Assembly: GCF_003334315.1 (NCBI RefSeq)
Contig: NZ_QOWR01000010.1
DNA from: Escherichia coli
GTDB taxonomy: Bacteria; Pseudomonadota; Gammaproteobacteria; Enterobacterales; Enterobacteriaceae
Direction: 5' to 3' (one strand)
Length of the DNA: 64,000 nucleotides
How positions within the stretch are numbered: the stretch's first letter is position 1; each line of letters opens with the position of its first letter. This document shows, piece after piece, positions 11,760 through 23,023 of the stretch. The notes under the pieces were generated by a model. It had not been told where the DNA came from, did not search any database, and was given only the letters and a program-made list of their open reading frames with translations. The translations under genes and the position numbers were made by a program.

Positions 11760-11895
11760 AGAGGGAATGTGCGCGCTGGCCCCCTCACCCTAACCCTCTC
11801 CCCAGAGGGGCGAGGGGACCGATTGTGCTCGATATTGAATATTGCGCTCGTTTTCTCCCTCTCCCCATTGGGGTGAGGGGCGATGCCTGCTCCAT
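11760..11895. repeat. Pair of GC-rich imperfect palindromes flanking an AT tract
   Basis: ccctcaccctaaccctctccccagaggggcgagggga and ctccctctccccattggggtgaggggcg lie between the convergent phnP and yjdP genes. I did not confirm a repeat-family assignment. Confidence 0.5.
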
Positions 11896-11903
11896 ACCCA
11901 ACC

Positions 11904-12233
11904 TCATCGCCCATACTCATCTTCCATTCTCCGCTCTTCATCCTCCAGTTGCCGACGCTCCTGATCAAGCTGGCGCTGGCGATCGTCCAGCTGCCTGCGG
12001 CGATCTTCAAACTGGCGGCGGCGGTCGTCATATTGTCTGCGCCGATCGTCGCTCACTTCACGCTGCCAGCCGTCGTCGCGCGAATCTTCATAGTCTCGCC
12101 CACGGTCAGGGTTATAAGCGTCATTAATCGCCTGCTGAATATTGCCAATGGTGTCGTCGATAATATCGGCCTGGGCCGGAACGGTGGACAGCGTGAGCAG
12201 GGTGAATAAAAGAAATAGCGGAAAGCGTTTCAT
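11904..12233 (-). CDS. yjdP: Small secreted protein with Arg/Asp/Glu/Gln-rich periodic repeats
   Basis: 109 aa with signal peptide MKRFPLFLLFTLLTLSTVPAQA, then DDRRRQYDDRRRQFEDRRRQLDDRQRQLDQERRQLEDEERR. Confidence 0.8.
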   Translation of the reverse strand: MKRFPLFLLFTLLTLSTVPAQADIIDDTIGNIQQAINDAYNPDRGRDYEDSRDDGWQREVSDDRRRQYDDRRRQFEDRRRQLDDRQRQLDQERRQLEDEERRMEDEYGR

Positions 12234-12301
12234 TAGCCAACCTCAAAAAGAAACTCTATCCACATTAATCATTACTCATCCATGCAAGTAGTGGATGAAT
12301 C

Positions 12302-12751
12302 TCAATTTCTCCGCTGCTCTATTGCCGTAATCGCCTCCACGCGTTGTTGATGACGACCGCCTTCGTACTGTGCGCCCAGCCACGCATCCACAATCATTTT
12401 TGCCAGTTCGAGGCCAACCACTCGTGAACCAAAAGCCAGCACGTTGGTGTCGTTATGCTGCCGCGAAAGTTGCGCGGAATAAGGTTCGCTACAGACGACC
12501 GCGCGAATTCCGGCAAACTTGTTCGCCGCTATCGAAATACCGACGCCAGTACCACAAATCAAAATCCCGCCATCAACCTCTCCGCCAGCAACAGCCAGTG
12601 CGACTTGACTGGCGTAATGCGGATAATCAGTACGCTCTGACGACCAGGTTCCTTTATCAATCACTTCAACGCCACGCTCAACTAAATGTGCCACTATTTC
12701 ATGTTTTAAAATGAAACCGACATGATCACAGCCAAATGCAATCTTTTTCAT
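12302..12751 (-). CDS. rpiB: Ribose-5-phosphate isomerase B / allose-6-phosphate isomerase
   Basis: 149 aa MKKIAFGCDHVGFILKHEIVAHLVERGVEV..., RpiB/LacAB family. Confidence 0.95.
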   Translation of the reverse strand: MKKIAFGCDHVGFILKHEIVAHLVERGVEVIDKGTWSSERTDYPHYASQVALAVAGGEVDGGILICGTGVGISIAANKFAGIRAVVCSEPYSAQLSRQHNDTNVLAFGSRVVGLELAKMIVDAWLGAQYEGGRHQQRVEAITAIEQRRN

Positions 12752-13109
12752 TCATCTTCCCCGCCCGTGCAAAACTTCACAATTAAAAAACATTTGTGAT
12801 GTAAATGAATTAAAAACACCCAAAATCGATGAATTACGCCTTCCTGATCTGTTTTACAGAGTTACATCTGACAGCGCAATAGCGTTAAAGACACTCACCA
12901 TCCAGCAACATCTATCATCTAAAAAACCAGAAAAACAAATAACATCATGTTTTTAAAGTGATTGAATGAAATAAAATTTTAAGCCACTCTCCATTGTTCA
13001 CAACAAAACAAACTTTATAAATTTTATTTTTTTGTGAAGTCGCCGGCATCTTTTCTGTTCTTGCTGTGGTGATATAGTGGCGTCTTCAATTCAAGGACAA
13101 GAGAACGTG

Positions 13110-14000
13110 ATGAGCCAGTCAGAGTTTGATTCAGCGCTTCCGAACGGTATAGGGTTAGCGCCTTACCTGCGAATGAAGCAGGAAGGAATGACAGAAAATG
13201 AAAGCCGCATCGTGGAGTGGTTACTCAAACCCGGTAACCTGAGTTGTGCACCCGCAATTAAAGATGTCGCAGAAGCTCTGGCGGTATCTGAAGCGATGAT
13301 AGTTAAGGTATCAAAGCTGCTGGGGTTTAGCGGCTTTCGTAACTTACGCAGTGCGCTGGAAGATTATTTTTCTCAGTCAGAACAGGTATTGCCTTCCGAG
13401 TTGGCTTTTGATGAAGCGCCGCAGGATGTGGTGAATAAGGTATTTAACATCACTTTACGCACCATTATGGAAGGTCAATCGATCGTCAACGTTGATGAGA
13501 TCCACCGTGCCGCCCGCTTTTTCTATCAGGCCAGACAGCGGGATTTGTACGGTGCCGGAGGATCAAATGCTATCTGTGCTGATATACAGCACAAGTTCTT
13601 GCGTATTGGCGTACGCTGTCAGGCCTATCCGGACGCTCACATCATGATGATGTCCGCTTCGTTGTTACAGGAAGGAGATGTTGTGCTGGTAGTGACCCAT
13701 TCCGGGCGAACCAGTGATGTAAAAGCGGCCGTAGAACTGGCAAAAAAGAACGGGGCAAAGATTATTTGTATAACCCATAGCTACCATTCACCAATAGCGA
13801 AACTGGCCGATTATATTATTTGCTCACCAGCCCCGGAAACGCCGTTATTAGGTCGTAATGCCTCGGCAAGAATATTACAACTAACTTTGCTGGACGCTTT
13901 TTTTGTCTCTGTCGCCCAGCTCAACATTGAACAAGCTAATATTAATATGCAAAAAACCGGCGCAATTGTTGATTTCTTCTCACCAGGCGCGCTGAAATAA
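13110..14000 (+). CDS. rpiR: RpiR-family regulator (HTH plus SIS domain) of rpiB and the als operon
   Basis: Start at the ATG giving MSQSEFDSALPNGIGLAPYLR... (296 aa). The ORF track opens at 13077. Confidence 0.85.
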   Translation: MSQSEFDSALPNGIGLAPYLRMKQEGMTENESRIVEWLLKPGNLSCAPAIKDVAEALAVSEAMIVKVSKLLGFSGFRNLRSALEDYFSQSEQVLPSELAFDEAPQDVVNKVFNITLRTIMEGQSIVNVDEIHRAARFFYQARQRDLYGAGGSNAICADIQHKFLRIGVRCQAYPDAHIMMMSASLLQEGDVVLVVTHSGRTSDVKAAVELAKKNGAKIICITHSYHSPIAKLADYIICSPAPETPLLGRNASARILQLTLLDAFFVSVAQLNIEQANINMQKTGAIVDFFSPGALK

Positions 14001-14058
14001 GAAAAAGGTAATTCCGCCATCGCGGAGTTACCTGTCCCCTTACCGTGAGAACATTATT

Positions 14059-14994
14059 ATGAATAAATATCTGAAATATTTCAGCGGCACACTCGTGGGC
14101 TTAATGTTGTCAACCAGCGCTTTTGCTGCCGCCGAATATGCTGTCGTATTGAAAACACTCTCCAACCCATTTTGGGTAGATATGAAAAAAGGCATTGAAG
14201 ATGAAGCAAAAACACTGGGCGTCAGCGTTGATATTTTTGCCTCTCCTTCAGAAGGCGATTTTCAATCTCAATTGCAGTTATTTGAAGATCTCAGTAATAA
14301 AAATTACAAAGGTATCGCCTTCGCTCCATTATCCTCAGTGAATTTGGTCATGCCTGTCGCCCGCGCATGGAAAAAAGGCATTTATCTGGTTAATCTCGAT
14401 GAAAAAATCGACATGGATAATCTGAAAAAAGCTGGCGGCAATGTGGAAGGTTTTGTCACCACCGATAACGTTGCTGTCGGGGCGAAAGGCGCGTCGTTCA
14501 TTATTGACAAATTGGGCGCTGAAGGTGGTGAAGTCGCAATCATTGAGGGTAAAGCCGGTAACGCCTCCGGTGAAGCGCGTCGTAATGGTGCCACCGAAGC
14601 CTTCAAAAAAGCAAGCCAGATCAAGCTTGTCGCCAGCCAGCCCGCCGACTGGGACCGCATTAAAGCACTGGATGTCGCCACTAACGTGTTGCAACGTAAT
14701 CCGAATATTAAAGCGATCTATTGCGCGAATGACACGATGGCAATGGGTGTTGCTCAGGCAGTCGCAAACGCCGGAAAAACGGGCAAAATATTGGTCGTCG
14801 GTACAGATGGAATTCCGGAAGCCCGCAAAATGGTGGAAGCCGGACAAATGACCGCGACGGTTGCCCAGAACCCGGCAGATATTGGCGCAACGGGTCTGAA
14901 GCTGATGGTTGACGCTGAGAAATCCGGCAAGGTTATTCCGCTGGATAAAGCACCGGAATTTAAACTGGTCGATTCAATCCTGGTCACTCAATAA
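14059..14994 (+). CDS. alsB: D-allose ABC transporter periplasmic binding protein
   Basis: 311 aa with signal peptide and sugar-binding-protein fold. Confidence 0.95.
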   Translation: MNKYLKYFSGTLVGLMLSTSAFAAAEYAVVLKTLSNPFWVDMKKGIEDEAKTLGVSVDIFASPSEGDFQSQLQLFEDLSNKNYKGIAFAPLSSVNLVMPVARAWKKGIYLVNLDEKIDMDNLKKAGGNVEGFVTTDNVAVGAKGASFIIDKLGAEGGEVAIIEGKAGNASGEARRNGATEAFKKASQIKLVASQPADWDRIKALDVATNVLQRNPNIKAIYCANDTMAMGVAQAVANAGKTGKILVVGTDGIPEARKMVEAGQMTATVAQNPADIGATGLKLMVDAEKSGKVIPLDKAPEFKLVDSILVTQ

Positions 14995-15004
14995 AACTGA
15001 ATGA

Positions 15005-15090
15005 TGCCGGATGATGATGCTAATGAAGTGTCTTATCCGGCCAACAAAATAACCTGAACGTAGACCTGATAAACGTAGCCATCAGGCAAT
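15005..15090. repeat. REP-like palindromic element between alsB and alsA
   Basis: gccggatgatgatgctaatgaagtgtcttatccggcc followed by gacctgataaacgtagccatcaggc. Confidence 0.6.
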
Positions 15091-15120
15091 AATACGATAT
15101 TTCGTGCAGAGAGGTTATTT

Positions 15121-16653
15121 ATGGCCACGCCATATATATCGATGGCGGGGATCGGCAAGTCCTTTGGTCCGGTTCACGCATTAAAGTCGGTTAATTTAAC
15201 GGTTTATCCTGGTGAAATACATGCATTACTAGGAGAAAATGGCGCGGGTAAATCCACGCTAATGAAGGTTTTATCCGGAATACATGAGCCGACCAAAGGC
15301 ACCATTACTATTAATAACATTAACTATAACAAGCTGGATCATAAATTAGCGGCACAACTCGGTATCGGGATTATTTATCAGGAACTCAGCGTTATTGATG
15401 AATTAACCGTACTGGAAAATTTATATATTGGTCGTCATCTGACGAAAAAAATCTGTGGCGTCAATATTATCGACTGGCGAGAAATGCGTGTCCGCGCCGC
15501 CATGATGTTATTACGCGTGGGCTTGAAAGTTGATTTAGATGAGAAAGTGGCGAATTTATCTATCAGCCACAAGCAGATGCTGGAAATTGCCAAAACGCTG
15601 ATGCTCGACGCCAAAGTCATCATCATGGATGAACCCACCTCCTCACTCACCAATAAAGAGGTGGACTATCTGTTTCTGATCATGAATCAGTTGCGTAAAG
15701 AGGGTACGGCCATCGTCTATATCTCGCATAAGTTGGCGGAAATTCGCCGTATTTGCGACCGCTATACGGTGATGAAAGACGGCAGCAGCGTTTGCAGCGG
15801 CATGGTGAGCGATGTGTCAAATGACGATATCGTCCGTCTGATGGTAGGCCGCGAATTGCAAAACCGTTTTAACGCGATGAAGGAGAATGTCAGCAACCTT
15901 GTGCACGAAACGGTTTTTGAGGTGCGCAACGTCACCAGCCGTGACAGAAAAAAGGTCCGGGATATCTCATTTAGCGTCTGCCGGGGAGAAATATTAGGCT
16001 TTGCCGGGTTGGTCGGTTCCGGACGTACTGAACTGATGAATTGTCTGTTTGGCGTTGATAAACGCGCTGGCGGAGAAATCCGTCTTAATGGCAAAGATAT
16101 CTCTCCACGTTCACCCCTGGATGCCGTGAAAAAAGGGATGGCTTACATCACTGAAAGCCGCCGGGATAACGGTTTTTTCCCCAACTTTTCCATCGCTCAG
16201 AACATGGCGATCAGCCGCAGTCTGAAAGACGGCGGCTATAAAGGCGCGATGGGCTTGTTTCATGAAGTTGACGAGCAACGTACCGCTGAAAATCAACGCG
16301 AACTGCTGGCGCTGAAATGTCATTCGGTAAACCAGAATATCACCGAACTCTCCGGGGGAAATCAGCAGAAAGTCCTGATCTCCAAATGGCTGTGCTGTTG
16401 CCCGGAAGTGATTATTTTCGATGAACCTACCCGCGGCATCGACGTTGGCGCGAAAGCCGAAATTTACAAAGTGATGCGCCAACTGGCGGACGACGGAAAA
16501 GTCATCCTGATGGTGTCATCTGAACTACCTGAAATTATCACCGTCTGCGACCGCATCGCCGTGTTCTGCGAAGGACGACTGACGCAAATCCTGACGAATC
16601 GCGATGACATGAGCGAAGAGGAGATTATGGCATGGGCTTTACCACAAGAGTAA
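15121..16653 (+). CDS. alsA: D-allose ABC transporter ATP-binding protein with duplicated ABC domains
   Basis: 510 aa with two Walker A motifs (GENGAGKST and GLVGSGRTE). Confidence 0.95.
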   Translation: MATPYISMAGIGKSFGPVHALKSVNLTVYPGEIHALLGENGAGKSTLMKVLSGIHEPTKGTITINNINYNKLDHKLAAQLGIGIIYQELSVIDELTVLENLYIGRHLTKKICGVNIIDWREMRVRAAMMLLRVGLKVDLDEKVANLSISHKQMLEIAKTLMLDAKVIIMDEPTSSLTNKEVDYLFLIMNQLRKEGTAIVYISHKLAEIRRICDRYTVMKDGSSVCSGMVSDVSNDDIVRLMVGRELQNRFNAMKENVSNLVHETVFEVRNVTSRDRKKVRDISFSVCRGEILGFAGLVGSGRTELMNCLFGVDKRAGGEIRLNGKDISPRSPLDAVKKGMAYITESRRDNGFFPNFSIAQNMAISRSLKDGGYKGAMGLFHEVDEQRTAENQRELLALKCHSVNQNITELSGGNQQKVLISKWLCCCPEVIIFDEPTRGIDVGAKAEIYKVMRQLADDGKVILMVSSELPEIITVCDRIAVFCEGRLTQILTNRDDMSEEEIMAWALPQE

Positions 16654-17612
16654 AAAGCGAAGCGAGCGAGAAGAAACCGTTCAACTTTGCGCTGTTCTGG
16701 GATAAATACGGCACCTTTTTTATCCTGGCGATCATCGTCGCCATTTTTGGTTCGCTGTCGCCAGAATATTTTCTGACCACCAATAATATTACCCAGATTT
16801 TTGTTCAAAGCTCCGTGACGGTATTGATCGGCATGGGCGAGTTTTTCGCTATCCTGGTCGCTGGTATCGACCTCTCGGTTGGCGCGATTCTGGCGCTTTC
16901 CGGTATGGTGACCGCCAAACTGATGTTGGCAGGTGTTGACCCGTTTCTCGCAGCGATGATTGGCGGTGTACTGGTTGGCGGCGCACTGGGGGCGATCAAC
17001 GGCTGCCTGGTCAACTGGACGGGGCTACACCCGTTCATTATCACCCTTGGCACCAACGCGATTTTCCGTGGGATCACGCTGGTGATCTCTGATGCCAACT
17101 CGGTATACGGCTTCTCATTTGACTTCGTGAACTTCTTTGCCGCCAGCGTAATTGGGATACCTGTCCCCGTTATCTTCTCGCTAATTGTCGCGCTCATCCT
17201 TTGGTTTCTGACAACGCGTATGCGGCTCGGGCGCAACATCTACGCACTAGGCGGCAACAAAAACTCGGCGTTCTATTCCGGGATTGACGTGAAATTCCAC
17301 ATCCTGGTGGTGTTTATCATCTCCGGTGTTTGTGCAGGTCTGGCAGGCGTCGTCTCAACTGCACGACTCGGTGCCGCAGAACCGCTTGCCGGTATGGGTT
17401 TTGAAACCTATGCCATTGCCAGCGCCATCATTGGCGGCACCAGTTTCTTCGGCGGCAAGGGGCGCATTTTCTCTGTGGTGATTGGCGGGTTGATCATCGG
17501 CACCATCAACAACGGTCTGAATATTTTGCAGGTACAAACCTATTACCAACTGGTGGTGATGGGCGGATTAATTATCGCGGCTGTCGCCCTTGACCGTCTT
17601 ATCAGTAAGTAA
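16632..17612 (+). CDS. alsC: D-allose ABC transporter permease
   Basis: 326 aa polytopic membrane protein. 22-nt overlap with alsA. Confidence 0.95.
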   Translation: MGFTTRVKSEASEKKPFNFALFWDKYGTFFILAIIVAIFGSLSPEYFLTTNNITQIFVQSSVTVLIGMGEFFAILVAGIDLSVGAILALSGMVTAKLMLAGVDPFLAAMIGGVLVGGALGAINGCLVNWTGLHPFIITLGTNAIFRGITLVISDANSVYGFSFDFVNFFAASVIGIPVPVIFSLIVALILWFLTTRMRLGRNIYALGGNKNSAFYSGIDVKFHILVVFIISGVCAGLAGVVSTARLGAAEPLAGMGFETYAIASAIIGGTSFFGGKGRIFSVVIGGLIIGTINNGLNILQVQTYYQLVVMGGLIIAAVALDRLISK

Positions 17613-17622
17613 GGAATTGAAC

Positions 17623-19231
<1,609 letters not shown>

Positions 19232-19503
19232 GTAAAGCGTTGGCACAGTAGCGCAATGTCCCGCTGTGCCAACGACAGGTACAATATATATAATAAACAC
19301 ATAAAACGACTCATGTTATTTTCTGCAATGATAGTTTTACTGTAATTTTCCCTCTTCAGCACTAATGCCTAATAAAATGGCGCGTTCCGCTCACACTTCC
19401 ACTTATTAAAGTCGCAAATTCCCAATTATGATAACGCCAGCTTCAAATGACGTATTTTGCATGGATTACATATTTACGACATAAATGATAAATGGAGATT
19501 TAT

Positions 19504-21489
19504 ATGAATAACTCTCGGTTATTCCGTTTGAGCAGGATTGTTATTGCGTTAACTGCCGTCAGCGGCATGATGGTAAATACCGCTTACGCGAAAGAGGAAG
19601 CGAAAACCGCCACTCAATATACCCAACAGGTTAATCAGAATTACGCCAAATCATTACCGTTTAGCGATCGTCAGGATTTTGACGATGCCCAGCGTGGATT
19701 TATCGCCCCGCTGCTGGATGAAGGTATTCTGCGTGATGCGAACGGTAAAGTTTACTACCGCGCAGACGATTACAAATTTGATATTAATGCCGCTGCGCCG
19801 GAAACCGTAAACCCCAGCCTGTGGCGTCAGTCGCAGATCAACGGCATTTCTGGCCTGTTCAAAGTCACCGATAAAATGTATCAGGTGCGTGGCCAGGATA
19901 TCTCTAACATTACGTTCGTTGAGGGCGAGAAAGGCATTATTGTTATCGACCCACTGGTGACGCCGCCTGCCGCAAAAGCCGCACTTGACCTTTACTTCCA
20001 GCATCGTCCGCAAAAACCGATTGTTGCCGTTATTTATACTCACAGCCACGCTGACCACTATGGCGGTGTGAAAGGCATTATCTCTGAAGCCGATGTTAAA
20101 TCCGGCAAAGTTCAGGTTATTGCCCCTGCAGGCTTTATGGACGAAGCCATCAGCGAAAACGTGCTGGCGGGGAACATCATGAGCCGCCGTGCGCTCTACT
20201 CTTACGGTCTGTTACTGCCGCACAACGCGCAAGGCAACGTGGGTAATGGCCTTGGCGTGACGCTGGCAACGGGCGACCCGAGCATTATTGCACCGACTAA
20301 AACTATCGTCAGAACTGGCGAGAAGATGATTATCGACGGCCTGGAGTTTGACTTCCTGATGACCCCAGGTAGCGAAGCGCCAGCCGAAATGCACTTCTAT
20401 ATTCCGGCCCTGAAAGCCCTGTGTACCGCCGAGAACGCCACGCATACCCTGCACAACTTCTACACTCTGCGCGGCGCGAAAACCCGCGACACCAGCAAGT
20501 GGACCGAGTATCTGAACGAAACGCTGGATATGTGGGGTAACGACGCGGAAGTACTGTTTATGCCGCATACCTGGCCGGTCTGGGGCAATAAGCATATCAA
20601 TGATTATATTGGTAAATATCGCGATACTATCAAGTACATTCACGACCAGACCCTGCACCTGGCGAACCAGGGCTACACCATGAATGAAATCGGCGACATG
20701 ATTAAGCTGCCGCCTGCGCTTGCCAATAACTGGGCCAGCCGCGGCTATTACGGTTCTGTCAGCCACAACGCCCGCGCGGTGTATAACTTCTATCTTGGCT
20801 ATTACGACGGTAACCCGGCTAACCTGCATCCGTATGGTCAGGTGGAGATGGGTAAACGTTACGTGCAGGCGCTGGGCGGTTCTGCCCGTGTCATCAACCT
20901 GGCGCAAGAAGCGAACAAGCAAGGTGATTACCGCTGGTCGGCAGAACTGCTGAAACAGGTGATTGCCGCTAACCCGGGTGACCAGGTCGCGAAGAATCTG
21001 CAAGCGAATAACTTTGAACAGCTGGGCTATCAGGCCGAATCCGCCACCTGGCGCGGTTTCTACCTGACCGGCGCGAAGGAGCTGCGCGAAGGGGTGCATA
21101 AGTTCAGCCACGGCACCACCGGTTCCCCGGACACCATTCGCGGGATGTCGGTCGAAATGCTGTTCGACTTTATGGCCGTTCGCCTCGATAGCGCGAAAGC
21201 CGCGGGTAAAAATATCAGCCTGAACTTCAATATGAGCAACGGCGATAACCTCAACCTGACGCTGAACGATAGTGTGCTTAACTACCGGAAAACGCTGCAA
21301 CCGCAAGCCAACGCCTCTTTCTACATCAGCCGTGAAGATCTGCACGCCGTGCTGACCGGACAAGCCAAAATGGCGGATCTGGTAAAAGCGAAGAAAGCCA
21401 AAATTATTGGCAATAGCGCGAAACTGGAAGAAATTATTGCCTGTCTGGATAATTTCGATTTGTGGGTGAATATCGTAACCCCAAATTAA
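19504..21489 (+). CDS. yjcS: Secreted metallo-beta-lactamase-fold alkyl/aryl-sulfatase-like protein
   Basis: Start at MNNSRLFRL (661 aa) with signal peptide and metal-binding motif [11 protein letters not shown]. Confidence 0.85.
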   Translation: MNNSRLFRLSRIVIALTAVSGMMVNTAYAKEEAKTATQYTQQVNQNYAKSLPFSDRQDFDDAQRGFIAPLLDEGILRDANGKVYYRADDYKFDINAAAPETVNPSLWRQSQINGISGLFKVTDKMYQVRGQDISNITFVEGEKGIIVIDPLVTPPAAKAALDLYFQHRPQKPIVAVIYTHSHADHYGGVKGIISEADVKSGKVQVIAPAGFMDEAISENVLAGNIMSRRALYSYGLLLPHNAQGNVGNGLGVTLATGDPSIIAPTKTIVRTGEKMIIDGLEFDFLMTPGSEAPAEMHFYIPALKALCTAENATHTLHNFYTLRGAKTRDTSKWTEYLNETLDMWGNDAEVLFMPHTWPVWGNKHINDYIGKYRDTIKYIHDQTLHLANQGYTMNEIGDMIKLPPALANNWASRGYYGSVSHNARAVYNFYLGYYDGNPANLHPYGQVEMGKRYVQALGGSARVINLAQEANKQGDYRWSAELLKQVIAANPGDQVAKNLQANNFEQLGYQAESATWRGFYLTGAKELREGVHKFSHGTTGSPDTIRGMSVEMLFDFMAVRLDSAKAAGKNISLNFNMSNGDNLNLTLNDSVLNYRKTLQPQANASFYISREDLHAVLTGQAKMADLVKAKKAKIIGNSAKLEEIIACLDNFDLWVNIVTPN

Positions 21490-21497
21490 TGCCACTC

Positions 21498-21536
21498 GCT
21501 TTTGGGGGCGCTGAAGCCCCCAAAAGCATTTATTTT
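21498..21536 (+). terminator. Rho-independent terminator after yjcS
   Basis: gcttttgggggcgctgaagcccccaaaagc hairpin followed by atttatttt. Confidence 0.8.
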
Positions 21537-21697
21537 AAAAATATATACAGCCAATTAATAAATAAAATATATAAGTTATGAATGCGGTGGCTGAATAAAG
21601 CTATTTTTATTCATCAAGAAAATAGCCATACTGACGCATTCAATGGATATTGATATTCACTACAGATATTGTTCGCAGCAGACAGGATGTATTTAAT

Positions 21698-21973
21698 ATG
21701 CCAACAGTTCTCTCTCGCATGGCGATGCAACTCAAAAAAACAGCCTGGATAATTCCCGTCTTCATGGTTTCGGGATGCTCATTATCTCCGGCAATCCCGG
21801 TGATCGGCGCTTATTATCCCAGCTGGTTTTTCTGCGCCATTGCCAGCCTTATTTTGACGCTCATCACGAGGCGAGTTATTCAGCGGGAAAATATCAATCT
21901 GGCATTTGTCGGAATTATTTATACCGCCCTTTTTGCTCTCTACGCCATGCTGTTCTGGCTGGCATTTTTCTAA
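21698..21973 (+). CDS. ytcA: Small membrane lipoprotein (91 aa), AaeX-like partner of the efflux pump
   Basis: ATG at 21698 (MPTVLSRMAMQLKKTAWIIPVFMVSGCSLSP...) with lipobox VSGC and two hydrophobic segments. Lies immediately upstream of mdtN. Confidence 0.75.
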   Translation: MPTVLSRMAMQLKKTAWIIPVFMVSGCSLSPAIPVIGAYYPSWFFCAIASLILTLITRRVIQRENINLAFVGIIYTALFALYAMLFWLAFF

Positions 21974-21991
21974 TCTATTTGAGACGCGCTC

Positions 21992-23023
21992 ATGGAAAGT
22001 ACGCCGAAAAAAGCTCCTCGCAGTAAATTCCCTGCTCTGTTAGTGGTTGCGTTGGCGCTGGTTGCCCTTGTTTTCGTTATCTGGCGCGTAGACAGTGCGC
22101 CATCAACTAATGACGCTTACGCATCAGCAGATACCATTGATGTGGTGCCGGAAGTCAGCGGTCGCATTGTAGAACTGGCGGTCACCGACAACCAGGCGGT
22201 GAAACAGGGCGATTTGCTGTTCCGCATCGACCCGCGCCCGTACGAAGCCAATCTGGCGAAAGCTGAAGCCTCCCTCGCGGCGCTGGATAAGCAAATTATG
22301 CTCACCCAGCGTAGCGTTGACGCGCAACAGTTTGGTGCCGACTCGGTTAATGCCACGGTAGAAAAAGCCCGTGCCGCCGCGAAACAGGCCACAGATACAT
22401 TACGCCGCACCGAGCCATTACTGAAAGAAGGTTTTGTCTCAGCGGAAGATGTTGACCGTGCAAGAACGGCGCAGCGCGCCGCAGAAGCGGATCTTAATGC
22501 CGTATTGTTACAGGCGCAGTCAGCCGCCAGCGCCGTCAGCGGCGTGGATGCATTAGTTGCCCAGCGTGCGGCGGTCGAAGCGGATATTGCCCTGACCAAA
22601 CTGCATCTGGAAATGGCGACCGTTCGCGCGCCGTTTGATGGCCGGGTCATTTCCCTCAAAACCTCCGTCGGGCAATTTGCTTCTGCCATGCGCCCTATTT
22701 TTACCCTAATCGACACTCGTCACTGGTATGTGATCGCCAACTTCCGCGAAACCGATCTGAAAAATATTCGCTCAGGTACACCCGCAACGATTCGCCTGAT
22801 GAGTGACAGCGGCAAAACCTTCGAGGGTAAAGTGGATTCGATTGGCTACGGCGTGCTACCGGATGACGGCGGCCTGGTGCTGGGCGGCCTGCCGAAAGTG
22901 TCTCGTTCTATTAACTGGGTCCGCGTTGCCCAGCGTTTTCCGGTCAAAATCATGGTCGATAAACCTGACCCGGAAATGTTCCGCATCGGCGCTTCGGCAG
23001 TCGCTAATCTTGAGCCGCAATAA
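21992..23023 (+). CDS. mdtN: Membrane fusion protein (HlyD/EmrA-like) of the MdtNOP efflux system
   Basis: 343 aa with N-terminal TM anchor and coiled-coil-rich periplasmic domain. Confidence 0.9.
   Translation: MESTPKKAPRSKFPALLVVALALVALVFVIWRVDSAPSTNDAYASADTIDVVPEVSGRIVELAVTDNQAVKQGDLLFRIDPRPYEANLAKAEASLAALDKQIMLTQRSVDAQQFGADSVNATVEKARAAAKQATDTLRRTEPLLKEGFVSAEDVDRARTAQRAAEADLNAVLLQAQSAASAVSGVDALVAQRAAVEADIALTKLHLEMATVRAPFDGRVISLKTSVGQFASAMRPIFTLIDTRHWYVIANFRETDLKNIRSGTPATIRLMSDSGKTFEGKVDSIGYGVLPDDGGLVLGGLPKVSRSINWVRVAQRFPVKIMVDKPDPEMFRIGASAVANLEPQ

Noticed and set aside
20212-21495. 427-aa ORF on the minus strand, antisense to yjcS
   Set aside because: The translation is low-complexity (Q/R/G/V-rich) with no recognisable domain and lies wholly inside a well-supported gene on the other strand. 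This is typical of a stop-codon-poor antisense frame.
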